From positions 892 to 64,891 of the IMG/VR virus record IMGVR_UViG_2918486186_000008: DNA of 64,000 nucleotides; one strand, given 5' to 3'. Below the pieces are notes generated by a model that saw only the letters and a program-made list of their open reading frames with translations, did not search any database and was not told where the DNA came from. The stretch is from a virus. The number at the start of each line of letters is the position of its first letter. Positions within the stretch are counted from its first letter, which is position 1. Shown piece by piece: positions 36,615 to 46,700 of the stretch. A program made the translations under genes and the position numbers.

Positions 36615-37022
36615 TTAGCGCTTTGGCATTTTCACGGGCGCGCGGCGGAACGCGAAGTGCTGCATGGGCAGGTAGCGCTGGAGCGCGCCGCCGCGGCCGG
36701 AGTAGTTCTTCGCGCTGGCCTTGTCCCGGTCGAAGAAGATCTCCGTGCGGATCAGCCACTTGTCGCCGGTGTCCTTGAGCAGCACGCCCGCGAACTCGAT
36801 CTTGCGGGCGCGCAGCATCAGGAGGGTGGCGTCATCGAGCGCCCAGGCGGCGTTGCCCTCGCGCACTGCGTCCGAGATATAGCTCTCGCCCGATCGGAAA
36901 ATCTCCTTGCGGTGCCGGTAGGCGAGGTAGACCTTGCGCCCGTCCGGCATCAGGTAGATGCCACCGTAGAGCCTGTGGCCCTTCTTGACCTTCTCCAGTA
37001 GCGTGACACGGGACGAATTCAT
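36615..37022 (-). CDS. hypothetical protein
   Basis: Start moved to MNSSRVT; 135 aa. Confidence 0.65.
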   Translation of the reverse strand: MNSSRVTLLEKVKKGHRLYGGIYLMPDGRKVYLAYRHRKEIFRSGESYISDAVREGNAAWALDDATLLMLRARKIEFAGVLLKDTGDKWLIRTEIFFDRDKASAKNYSGRGGALQRYLPMQHFAFRRAPVKMPKR

Positions 37023-37025
37023 CGA

Positions 37026-37295
37026 ATGATCCGTTTTTTCTTGATCTGTTGTGTTGTCGCTTTGTTCCCGGCGTCTTGTTTCTGGTGGATCGGAGGCGCC
37101 GGCCAATTCACAAACCCGAATTTTTTCCAGTCCTGGGTTTGGTCATTAGTGATAACGGTAGGTTTTATGGCCGTAATCTATGCGGCTGGCGCATTTTTAT
37201 ATGATTTCCGGCGTGTGATAGGGCTATGGGCCGCGATCATATTGATCGGCGGAACAGTCGTCGGCCTTATGTGGCTTGCTGGGCTTTTGGCGTAA
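37026..37295 (+). CDS. small three-TM membrane protein (low-GC)
   Basis: Highly hydrophobic 89-aa ORF. Confidence 0.55.
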   Translation: MIRFFLICCVVALFPASCFWWIGGAGQFTNPNFFQSWVWSLVITVGFMAVIYAAGAFLYDFRRVIGLWAAIILIGGTVVGLMWLAGLLA

Positions 37296-37298
37296 CGA

Positions 37299-37760
37299 TC
37301 AGGCAGCGATGCCGCGGGAGAAGGGGATGACAGTTGCATCGGGCAGGGTCCAAATGCCCTGCGCGCCCCGGACTGGCACCGGATCGTCGAAGGCTTCGGG
37401 CTCACGGACGCGCCAGGCGTAGCGCCCTTCCGTCCACCAGCCGTAGACCTTCTCCTCCTCCGTCACGTCCTCGAGGTCCTCCTCGCTGATCGGCTCGCAC
37501 GAGTGCAGCAGCACGGTGCCGAGGAGGTAGCCGTTCGGCAGCGCCTCGATGTCCCGCGGGAGGTTGGTCTCGAAGTAGTAGCGGGCGAAGACCGGGTCCT
37601 TCATCGCGTCGCGCTGCTCGGGACGGACGATCTTGGTCGACGCGATGCCGATCCGCTGACCGATCAGAGCTTTGGGCGCGGGGAAGCCCCGGGTTTCGAC
37701 GAGCTTGTGCCCATGCACCAGGAGCGACGCATAGGGGTTCCAAACGGAGATGACACGCAC
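37299..37760 (-). CDS. ASCH domain-containing protein
   Basis: ISVWNPYASLLVHGHKLVETR, IGIAS, YAWRVREP and VRGAQGIW motifs. Confidence 0.88.
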   Translation of the reverse strand: MRVISVWNPYASLLVHGHKLVETRGFPAPKALIGQRIGIASTKIVRPEQRDAMKDPVFARYYFETNLPRDIEALPNGYLLGTVLLHSCEPISEEDLEDVTEEEKVYGWWTEGRYAWRVREPEAFDDPVPVRGAQGIWTLPDATVIPFSRGIAA

Positions 37761-37856
37761 GACACAGTTTCCCTTCTGGGTAGAAACGTAGCGTCGCGCG
37801 AGTCGGGGTGAAAGTGCGATGGGCGCCTCAACCGACGATGAGGCGCCGCATCGAGC

Positions 37857-38963
37857 TCATGCGGCTTCGGCGATCGGGGCCGCTTCGGTCTCGCCGGTGA
37901 GTTCGACCTCCCCGACCACCGGCGGCTCGTAGGCTTTGGGCAGCAGCGCGTGCAGCTCCTCGAGGGCACCGGCCGCCTCGATCTTGCGGGCGAGCGCCTC
38001 CTTGGCGATCTGCTTGCCGTCCCAGACCACGAAGCCAGGCCGGCCCTCGGGCATCAGCTTCTCCTTGACCAGGAACTCGATCAGCGAGCGCTCGACGTCG
38101 AACTTCCCGAAGCCGTCGGGCTGGAACATGAAGCGCCAGGTGGCGCGCAGGAACGGCCGGGCGACCTTGTTCTTGGCGACCACACCCGAGACCTCGACGC
38201 CCAGGACCTCGGCGTCCTCGCCCTTGCCCTTCTGGATCTTGGCCGCGGCGCCGAGCATCAGCTTCTGGCTGTCGTAGAAGTAGGGCGCCTCGCCGCCCGG
38301 GGTCTTCCGGGGATCACCATACATGACGCCGATCTTCATGCGGATCTGGTTGGTGAAGATCGCGCAGACACCGAGCTCCTCGATGTAGAGGTTGAACGCC
38401 GGGAGGTGAGCCGACGTGGCGCGGGCGAGCGCCGTGTTGTCGTTCATGTTCCGGTCGGTCATGTCCTTGTCCTTGCCGGTCTTCATGTCGATCAGCGCGG
38501 ACTGGGGGACCATCGAAGCGAGGGAGTCGGCCACGAAGCAGATGGGCGCCTCGGGCGCGATCAGCTTCTTGGCGCGGATCAGCTCGGCCGCCCGCACCAT
38601 GATCGTGAGGCTGTCCTCGAAGGTGCGCGGCTTCTTGTAGAGGAACCGGCCGGGCGTGGTGTCGAGGCCGATCCGCTGGGCGAGCACGCCCGAGAACGAT
38701 CGCTCGTGGTCCATGAACCCGGCGAAGCCGCCGGCGCGCTGCGCGGCGATCATGGCGCGCGTCGCGATGGCCGTCTTGCCCGAGGTCGACGGACCGGCCA
38801 CCTCGACCTGGCGCCCGACGGGGAAGCCACCGTCCCAGCGCGAGGACAGGGCGTAGTTCAGCGGCGCGTAGCCGGTGTCGAGGAACTGGGTGACGGTCGC
38901 CTCGTCGTCGTTGCCGCCGACCAGGCCCTCGAGCGCCTTCGCGATGTCTGCTGCCGATGCCAT
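37857..38963 (-). CDS. recA: RecA/UvsX-like recombinase
   Basis: GFPVGRQVEVAGPSTSGKT, FVADSLASM, IFTNQIRMKIGVMYGDPRKTPGG and KNKVARPF. Confidence 0.92.
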   Translation of the reverse strand: MASAADIAKALEGLVGGNDDEATVTQFLDTGYAPLNYALSSRWDGGFPVGRQVEVAGPSTSGKTAIATRAMIAAQRAGGFAGFMDHERSFSGVLAQRIGLDTTPGRFLYKKPRTFEDSLTIMVRAAELIRAKKLIAPEAPICFVADSLASMVPQSALIDMKTGKDKDMTDRNMNDNTALARATSAHLPAFNLYIEELGVCAIFTNQIRMKIGVMYGDPRKTPGGEAPYFYDSQKLMLGAAAKIQKGKGEDAEVLGVEVSGVVAKNKVARPFLRATWRFMFQPDGFGKFDVERSLIEFLVKEKLMPEGRPGFVVWDGKQIAKEALARKIEAAGALEELHALLPKAYEPPVVGEVELTGETEAAPIAEAA

Positions 38964-38968
38964 TGTGC

Positions 38969-39481
38969 TCACTCCTCTTCGGTTTCCGAGGCCTCGTCGT
39001 CATCGACGAAGCCGACGTCTTCACTGCCGCCCGAGCCCGACACGATCAGGCCGCGGTCGTTGCCCGGGGTGCGCTTGGCCGCGTCGCGCACGTCGCGGCA
39101 GAACCGGCCGCCGAGCTCATCCACGGACGGGCGGCCCGCGGGGCGCGCCGGCGCCGGGCTCGCGCCGATCGGGGCGCCGGGCACCACGGGCGCGGGCGCC
39201 GTGGCGAGCTGCACGCCGCCGATCGCCGGGATCGCCCGGTCGAGGGAGAAGCTCGTGAGGCTCGCCGCCTGCACCGCGGCCAGCGCCTTCGTCTGCCCGG
39301 CGGCATTGGCGACGCCGATGAAGCTGAAGGCCTTCACGACGTCCTCGGCCGTCAGCTTCTCGCCGCTGCGCTCGATCAGCTTCACCAGGGCGGTGATCGA
39401 GCGGGTGACGGCGCCAACGCCGGCCTCCAGGTTCTGCTGCGGGGTATTCGGCCGCGGCGCCTTCTTCTTCGGTATGCTCAT
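38969..39481 (-). CDS. hypothetical protein
   Basis: 170-aa ORF; operator at 39494-39509 upstream. Confidence 0.6.
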   Translation of the reverse strand: MSIPKKKAPRPNTPQQNLEAGVGAVTRSITALVKLIERSGEKLTAEDVVKAFSFIGVANAAGQTKALAAVQAASLTSFSLDRAIPAIGGVQLATAPAPVVPGAPIGASPAPARPAGRPSVDELGGRFCRDVRDAAKRTPGNDRGLIVSGSGGSEDVGFVDDDEASETEEE

Positions 39482-40509
39482 GCTGCGGCCCTCAAGTCAG
39501 TGCTGACTCCACTCAGCGCGCAGAACGGCTCGAGCCAGCCGTCCAGGTCCGAGAGGAGGGAGTTGAAGACAAGCGCCTCGCACTGCTCGCGCACCGCGTC
39601 CGGGTTGAACTCGGGCTTGGTGAGCTTCGGCCGCACGGGCGCGGGGATGTCGTTGTGCATCAGGTCCATGATGCGCAGGTTGCGGTAGAAGATCTCCCGC
39701 TTCTCCTTCTCGGAGCAGAAGTCGGCGAGCTTCTTGGGCACGTCGACCTTGTGGATCTCGACCGCCTCGAAGAACCCGCGCACGGTGCCGAACTTGCGCA
39801 CCAGGTCGAAGGCGCCGATCTCGCCGATGCCGCCCACGCCCGGGATCTCGTCCGAGACGTCGCCCATCAGGGCCTTCGCCTCGAGATAGGCCTGCGGGCT
39901 CGGGCAGCCGCGCCACTCGATGTCCTCGACCAGGACGGAGCCGTCGGCCTGCTTGGTCCGCTTCTGCTTCATGTAGCCGACCTTCTCCGAGAAGTTGGAG
40001 TGGGTCACACGCTTCTGCTGGACGGGCGCGTGCCAGGCGACGCCGGGTTGGACGAGCTGGAGCCAGTCCTTGTCGCCGGAGATCATCAGGATCTTGGCGC
40101 CGGCCGCGATGTCGGGCGTGTAGCGCTTCACCAGGATGCCGGCGAAGTCGTCGGCCTCGAGGTTGGCGGCCGAGAGCTGCGGCACGCCGCAGGCCTTCAT
40201 GATCCGGTTGACCAGGGGCCGCTGCGAACGCCAGGAGGCGCGCACATGGGCGACCTTCTCGTCGTTCTTGGTCACGGGCTTGGCGTCGCGCGAGCCCTTG
40301 TAGCCCTCGATTTCCTTCTTCCGCCAGCTATCGCCGTCCCAGAGCAGAAGCGGGCGCAGTTGGGGATAGGTCGCGACCATCATCCTGATGGCGCGAATTG
40401 TCCCTAGAACCCCCTGCGTCTCCTGCTCCCCAACCTTGAGGACCTTGGTCGAAGTGGCAGCAAAACCGATGTTATTCACGTCGATGAGCAGATGGCCCCG
40501 GTGCTTCAT
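39478..40509 (-). CDS. 5'-3' exonuclease / flap endonuclease (T4 RNase H / PolI N-terminal-like)
   Basis: LLIDVNN, WDG, YKGSR, LEADD, SGDKDWLQL and GDVSDEIPGVGGIG motifs. Confidence 0.92.
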   Translation of the reverse strand: MKHRGHLLIDVNNIGFAATSTKVLKVGEQETQGVLGTIRAIRMMVATYPQLRPLLLWDGDSWRKKEIEGYKGSRDAKPVTKNDEKVAHVRASWRSQRPLVNRIMKACGVPQLSAANLEADDFAGILVKRYTPDIAAGAKILMISGDKDWLQLVQPGVAWHAPVQQKRVTHSNFSEKVGYMKQKRTKQADGSVLVEDIEWRGCPSPQAYLEAKALMGDVSDEIPGVGGIGEIGAFDLVRKFGTVRGFFEAVEIHKVDVPKKLADFCSEKEKREIFYRNLRIMDLMHNDIPAPVRPKLTKPEFNPDAVREQCEALVFNSLLSDLDGWLEPFCALSGVSTDLRAAA

Positions 40510-41024
40510 ACGTGCCTCCAGGTGCGACCCTGCCGGATCGCGTCGACTACCGCCTTCGTCACCCCAAACTCCTTTGCGACCTTCAGAGATGTCGGATGGC
40601 CCGCGAGCCGGACCTTGATCTTGCGGGCGACCTCATCCGTGATGCTCGCGCCCGGATGCCGTTCGCCGATCGGCAGCGTGCCCATCCGCTTTCGGTCCTG
40701 GTTGTTCTCCCAGGGCGTGCCCCAGCGGAGGTTCGGAAGCTCGTTGCAGCCGCTGCCCCGGTTGCCGTGCAGCCCCTTGTGCCCTTCCGGCTTCGGTCCG
40801 ACGAACGCGGTCAGCACGAGCGTGTGAACGCTGTGGTGCCGGTGCTCGCCTTCCTTCGAGAGGCAGACCCGGAGGTAGCCCTTGGGGCTCACCTGCTGGC
40901 GTAGGCAATGACCGCCTGCCTTCCGGCCGCGGCTATCGACGCGAGCGGGCTTGCGCACCCGACCCATGTCCGAGACCTCGTAGAGGTCCTCGTAGCCAAC
41001 AACAGGAAGCCAATTCTCGGCCAT
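40506..41024 (-). CDS. NUMOD4-HNH homing endonuclease
   Basis: WLPVVGYEDLYEVSDMGRVR (NUMOD4); VHTLVLTAFVG...H...N...NLRWGT (HNH). Confidence 0.92.
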   Translation of the reverse strand: MAENWLPVVGYEDLYEVSDMGRVRKPARVDSRGRKAGGHCLRQQVSPKGYLRVCLSKEGEHRHHSVHTLVLTAFVGPKPEGHKGLHGNRGSGCNELPNLRWGTPWENNQDRKRMGTLPIGERHPGASITDEVARKIKVRLAGHPTSLKVAKEFGVTKAVVDAIRQGRTWRHV

Positions 41025-41114
41025 CAGAGCCTCGCTGACAGGTTATGGGCGGCAGCCGGGTGAAGCTGCCGCCCAGGTGGAGGAGAGGGCGCGTGCGCCC
41101 TCCCGTTGCGAGGC

Positions 41115-42044
41115 TCAGACGCCGTCCAGCTCGTCGAGCAGACCGTCCAGCTCGGCGTCCGGCACGTCGGACCCGAACTCGGCGCCGGTCGAGACCGCCT
41201 TCGGGGCGGGCTTCTCCTCGACCACATCGGCCTCCTCGACCTCCTCGACGGCCGCGGCCGGGCGGGCAGCGGGCTTCGCGGCAGGGCGGGGCGCCGGGGC
41301 GGCGACCTCCTCGGGCTCCTCGGCGACGACCGCGCCGGTCAGCAGGCCGGCAGCGCGCTTCGGGGGCGCGATGGCGAGCGAGATGCCGGTGGCCTGGCCG
41401 ATGGCGTTGAGCGCCTTCTGCTCGTCGCCGCGGAAGAACTCCTTCTCGATGGCCTCGAGGAGGTTGATCTCCTTGGCCTTCGTGATCTGGTCCTTCGTGA
41501 GCGGCTGGGACTTGAGCGCCGGCATCGGCTCGTAGCGGGTGTCTAGACCCTTGCCCGAGCGAGTGATGACGAAGTCCATGCCCTCGGTCGGGGACAGCGG
41601 ATCCACCTCGGAGCCGTATTCCTCGATCATCGACACGATGGTGCCGAAGGTCGACGGGGTGAGCTCGAGGATCTGCGGATCGGGGCTCGCGTCGGCGCCA
41701 TCGTGGATGATCGCCTTCACCAGCACCGACTTGCGGGTGGTCCACTCCTTGACGAGCTTGACGGTGTCGTCGTCGGTCGCGGCCTTCATCGCCTTGTCGA
41801 TCGCGGCGCAGATCGGGCAGGCCTCGTCCTTCACCAGATCGTGGCAGCCGACGACAGCGACGGGCTTGCCGTTCTGCTCGGTCTTGATCCAGTGGACGCC
41901 GAGGTCCTGCCAGAATTTCTCCTCGGTCGCGATCAGGCGAACGCGGGTCTTGCCCTCTTTGAGCTTGACGAACTTGGAGGTGTTCCGCGTGTAGCGGTTC
42001 TTGGCGCCCTTAACGAGCGCCATCATTGCGGGGCTGAGTGCCAT
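41115..42044 (-). CDS. single-stranded DNA-binding protein (T4 gp32-like)
   Basis: KLKEGKTRVRLI, HWI, C...CPIC, G.DFVITRSG.G..TRY and an acidic tail; promoter at 42136-42157. Confidence 0.78.
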   Translation of the reverse strand: MALSPAMMALVKGAKNRYTRNTSKFVKLKEGKTRVRLIATEEKFWQDLGVHWIKTEQNGKPVAVVGCHDLVKDEACPICAAIDKAMKAATDDDTVKLVKEWTTRKSVLVKAIIHDGADASPDPQILELTPSTFGTIVSMIEEYGSEVDPLSPTEGMDFVITRSGKGLDTRYEPMPALKSQPLTKDQITKAKEINLLEAIEKEFFRGDEQKALNAIGQATGISLAIAPPKRAAGLLTGAVVAEEPEEVAAPAPRPAAKPAARPAAAVEEVEEADVVEEKPAPKAVSTGAEFGSDVPDAELDGLLDELDGV

Positions 42045-42314
42045 TGTTCTGCTGCTTTCGTCTTTGGCGATTTGCGCGGAGCGCTGCTGCCGGTGCTTGG
42101 TTGCTTGCTAAGACTTTCATCTGTCGCTGCTCTGTTATAGCGATCACCTGTTGGGTTTTTCGCTAATTCGCGCATTCTCGAATGGGAGAATACGGGAATG
42201 GGTGCCCTCAGAAGGGCCGGTGCCGGGGCGCCGGCAGGGCCGGGCGCGGCTTCTTGATCCGGGAGCGGATCCAGAACAGGGGTCCGAGGACCAGGAGGGC
42301 GACGCCGACGACCA

Positions 42315-42905
42315 TCACTCGGACTCGGCCATCGTGCGGGCGGCCCGGGCGCCGACGCGCTCAGCGGCCGACTTGGCGTTGTCGGCCAGCTCGCGCTTGG
42401 CCGCCATCGACAGCTCGCCCTTCATCTCCTCGCGGGAGGTGGCGCCGGCCTGCACGAGCATGTCGCGCCGGTGCCGGAAGGCCTCGAGGGTCGTGTTGGC
42501 GACCTTCTCGATCTGCTTGGCCTCGTTCAGCGCCCGCTTGAAGGCGACCACCTGCGGGTGCCGGGCGATCTTCCGCTCGACGATGCCCTCGGTGATCTTC
42601 TCGCCGAGGACGGCCATCGCCTCGCGGATCTCGCGATCCACCTTGGCTTCCTGGTTCTCGATGAGGATCTTGATGTTGTCGACCTGGCGCGAGGCCTTGG
42701 CCGCCAGCACGCCGAAGTGGGCGAACAGGGACGCCTGATCGGCCATCGCGCTCGACAGGTCGTTGAGCGAGTAGGCGAGCTTCCCCTTGAGGTCCTCCTC
42801 GGCCAGGAAGTCCTTCACCTGGACCTTGCGGACCTGGATCTGCTTCGGGGCAGGGGGCGTCGGCGGCGTTGCCGATGTCTCGTCGGTCTGGGCTTCGTCG
42901 CTCAT
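42315..42905 (-). CDS. UvsY-like recombination mediator (putative)
   Basis: Helical protein, KITEGIVERKI...LEAFRHRRDML pattern; sits next to the gp32-like SSB. Confidence 0.6.
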   Translation of the reverse strand: MSDEAQTDETSATPPTPPAPKQIQVRKVQVKDFLAEEDLKGKLAYSLNDLSSAMADQASLFAHFGVLAAKASRQVDNIKILIENQEAKVDREIREAMAVLGEKITEGIVERKIARHPQVVAFKRALNEAKQIEKVANTTLEAFRHRRDMLVQAGATSREEMKGELSMAAKRELADNAKSAAERVGARAARTMAESE

Positions 42906-42908
42906 GGC

Positions 42909-43157
42909 TCAGACCCGCGGCGGGAACGACCAGGTGCCCGGCTGATCCGGGCCACCCTCGAGCACGCATTCCGGCAGCGGCTCGGGCTTCCGGCCGGGCG
43001 CGAACACCGTCAGCGAGCAGATGTCGCCGCCGTCGCCGGCCTCGAACACGCCGGTGACGATCGCCGCGTAGGGCTGATCCGAGATCGAGACGCGCTCGGC
43101 GTCCCTGGGGTGGTAGTGGACGATGCGTCCGACGCTGGGACGCTGGTGTGCGGGCAT
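42909..43157 (-). CDS. hypothetical phage protein
   Basis: PSVGRIVHY...AAIVT...LTVF; behind the operator/promoter at 43175-43218. Confidence 0.7.
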   Translation of the reverse strand: MPAHQRPSVGRIVHYHPRDAERVSISDQPYAAIVTGVFEAGDGGDICSLTVFAPGRKPEPLPECVLEGGPDQPGTWSFPPRV

Positions 43158-43321
43158 GGCTGCCTCCGCTGAGTGAGTAAGTGCTGACTGATCTTTTATA
43201 GCGAGCGCGCGTCGGGTTTTGCGTGGGTCGCGCTGGCTTCTGGTGTGGGTAGCTATGGCCATCCACAGCAAGATAAGTCAGCGCTGAATTGGTTTGAAAA
43301 ATCGACGTTTGTGCTATCTTA

Positions 43322-43680
43322 GGGGGTGAGGGACGCAGGTGGCCGCCCGCGTCCCTCGGTGTTGGTAGCTGGCAGCGCTACTCGTTACATGAGCCCGAGC
43401 GTGATGGTCACAGACCACTCACCGCTCGGGTTTCGTGTAACCGTGACCCGCAGAAGCGGGATCATCAGCACATTGCATCACCTCCTCCCCTGCCTTCTCA
43501 AGACGGCGGCGGCACTCGCCGTTAACCCTCGGTCCAAGGGGGTCGCGTAGGGAGGAGACCCAACGAGGCCAATGTAGCAGGCAACTCCGAGTCTACAAAA
43601 CCGGCCGAGCGTCTCGTCCCCAACATCCACCGTTTTGCGGGGGTCGGCCGTCTCTTGTCCCCGGTATCCCCAAGAGCGCC
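43322..43680 (+). ncRNA. candidate large structured non-coding RNA (family not recognised)
   Basis: At least 8 helices including long-range pairings; G-U pairs favour the plus strand; TTGAAA...TATCTT just upstream. Confidence 0.6.
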
Positions 43681-43735
43681 TATTGACTGACGCATTCTCG
43701 GGGCGCGTCGGCCGGTGTGGGCTTGACAGGCGCGA

Positions 43736-46700
43736 TCAGTCGCTCATGAGGGCGGCGGCCACCTCGAACACCTCGTTGAGCTTCGCCTGCTTGGAGGCGT
43801 CGTGGAAGATCTCGCCCGGGGCGAAGCCGATCACGAGATTGGCGTCGAGGCCCTTGTGGTAGACGACCTCGCCGGCGACCTCGGACGCCTTGCCCTTGAA
43901 GTCGGGGATGAACTGCCGGACCGTGGTCGAGCCGAGCAGCACGATCACCGGCGGCTTGAGGATCTCGATCTCGCGGGCGAGGTAGGGCCCGTAGGTGGCG
44001 ATCTCGCTGGCCGAGACCTGCTTGCCGGCCTTGGGCCGCTTGATGAGGGCGGTCCAGTAGGCGTCGGCCCGCGACAGGTCGTTGGCGTCGAGCGCCTCCT
44101 GGACCCACTCGCTGACGCAGTAGGAGCCGCGGTTGTCGTAGCTCATGCGGCCGGAGGTGTCCTCGCCCTTCGAGGGCGCGTCGAGGATCACCATGAAGCG
44201 CATGTTCTTGCCCGTGGTCATCTTCACCGGCATGCCGTCCTCGGCGCAGCCGTCCGAGTAGTCGGCGAACACCTCCAGGATCTTGATCCGGCTGTCCCGG
44301 TCGCGGTGCATCTCGCGGCTGATCGGGACGTGGGCCGTGATGAGCCCCGGGATCAGCTCGCGCTGGTCCTTGATCCGGTCCGGGTGGCGTCGAGGTAGCT
44401 GGCCTGGCTCGATGTCGGCGAAGGCGCCGACCAGGTCGAGGAGCCCGACGTGCTTGACGTTGCAGCGCCGCCGCTCGACGCGGGCGGTCAGGTCCTCCTT
44501 CGACTTGAACGGGCCGGCCCCGTCGCCCCGCGCCTTCAGGATGGCCTCGGTGGTCAGCGCCGAAATGCCCTTGATCCGGTTGAACGGCATGCACAGCCGC
44601 GTGTCGGTCACGATCTCGAACTGGTTGGTCGAGTGGTTGATGTCGGGCAGATCCACCTCGATCCCCATCCGCTCGGCGTCCTTCATCAGGCCCGGCAGCT
44701 TGTCCTGGGGCATCAGGGTGAGCGCCGCCGCGAAGAACTCCACCGGGTAGTGGGTCTTGAGATACATCGCCTGGTAGGAGATCAGCGTGTATTCGACCGA
44801 GTGGCTCTTGTTGAAGCCGTAGCCGGCGAAGCCCTCGATCTTGTCGAACAGCAGACCGGCCCACTCGGGCGTGCAGTCCACGGTCGCGACACAGCCCTCG
44901 ACGAACTTGCCGCGCTCCTTCTTCATCTCCTCGGGGAGCTTCTTACCCATGATCTTGCGGAGCTTGTCGGCCTGCGCGCCTGAGTAGCCGGCGATCACCT
45001 GAGAGGCCTTCATGACCTGCTCCTGGTAGACGAACACGCCGTAGGTCGGGCTGAGCACCGGCTCGAGGAGCGGGTGGTCATAGTCCACGCTCTCGATGCC
45101 CTGCTTGCGCTTCCAGTAGCTGTCCATCATGCCCGACTCCATCGGGCCCGGGCGGTAGAGCGCGGTCGCGGCCGTGATGTCGTCGAAGGTGATGGTGCCG
45201 TCCTTGCCCAGCTCCTTGAGCAGGCGCCGCATGCCGCCGCCCTCGAACTGGAAGATGCCCGTGGAGATCGCGCGGGCGAAGTTGTCGAGCACCTTCGGCT
45301 CGTCGAGCGGGATCCGCAGTAGGTCGACCTTCTTGCCGCGCCGCTTGCGGATGTAGTCGAGGGTGAGCGCGATCAGGTCCAGGGTGTTGAGGCCCAGGAT
45401 GTCCATCTTCACCAGGCCCTGGTCCTCGACGATGCGCTTGTCCCAGCACACCACCGGCAGATCCGGGACCGGCTCCTCGCCCTCCTTCGGCTTCGAGGGC
45501 GCCTTGCGCCGCTCGATGACGGCCCGCTCGACCAGATCGACGCCGCCGACGACGACGCCGGCCGCGTGCTGCGAGAGGTTGCGCAGGCAGCCTTCGAGCT
45601 TCTTGGCCGTGTCCCAGATCTCGGGGTTGCCGGCCGCGAACGCGCCGATCTCCGTCACCTCTGCGGCGGCCTCGGCGAGCTTGACCGGCTGGCCGTGCTT
45701 CTTCGGCACGAACTTGGAGCAGCGATAGAGCTCCTCGTTGAGGCCGAACACGCGGCTCACGTCCCGGATCGCCGAGCTGGCGCCCAGGCGCCCGTAGTTC
45801 GAGACGCCGGCCACGCGGGCGGTGCCATACTTGCGGATGAGATACTGGAACACCTCGTGCCGGCGCTCGGACATGAAGTCGAGGTCGGCGTCGGGAAGGT
45901 CGATACGCTCGGGGTTGATGAAGCGCTCGAACAGGAGCTCGAAGCGGAGCGGATCGCAGTCGGTGATCCCCATCAGGTAGGCGACGAGCGAGCCGCCCAC
46001 GGAGCCGCGGCCGGGGCCGACCAGGATCCCCTGGCTCTTGGCCCACACGACCACGTCCTGCACCAGGAGGAAGTAGCCCGAGAAGCTGAGGTTCTTGAGC
46101 ACGGTCAGCTCGTAGCGCAGCCGCGGCTGGTAGACGTCCTTGAGCTCCTGGTTCGACGGGCGGTGCCCGAACACCGGGGCGGTGAAGCGCTCGTGCCAGC
46201 CCTTGGTGCAGGCCTCGACGACCGCCTTGAACTCGTCGGGCGCCATGATCGGCAGCGAGGGCGCGGACTTGGCCCAGGCGAAGGTGACCATGTCGACGAG
46301 GCGCGCGGTGTTCTTCATGCCCTCGGAGAAGCGCCCCTTGGTCGGCACGCCCCGGAACTCCTCGAGCCGCTTGGCGGCCGCCTTCACGTCGCGCACCAAC
46401 TCCTGCAGGGTCTTCGGATGCAGGTCGCGCACCGGGTTGAACCACGCCCAGGGCTCGGTGAGCTTCACGTTGCGGGTGACGGCGTTCATGATGTCGGCCG
46501 CGTCGGCGCTGCCCTCCTCGTAGAGGGCGGGCGCGGCGACCAGCGTCGGCAGGCCGAGCTCCTCGGCGAGCTGGAGCGCCTTGACGTTCTGGGTGTCCCA
46601 GTAGGGCGTGTCGATCGGCACCAGCGTGCAGAACGTATTAGACGCGCTCAGAGCGTCGGAAATCTTCGTGAGTATCTGTGACGCTGACTTGTGCGCGACG

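Noticed and set aside
43322-43680. tmRNA or RNase P identity for the structured RNA
   Set aside because: The 5' GGGGGTGA and internal ACAAAACCGG are suggestive, but there is no T-loop/CCA end, no tag ORF and no GAGGAAAGUCC P4 strand.
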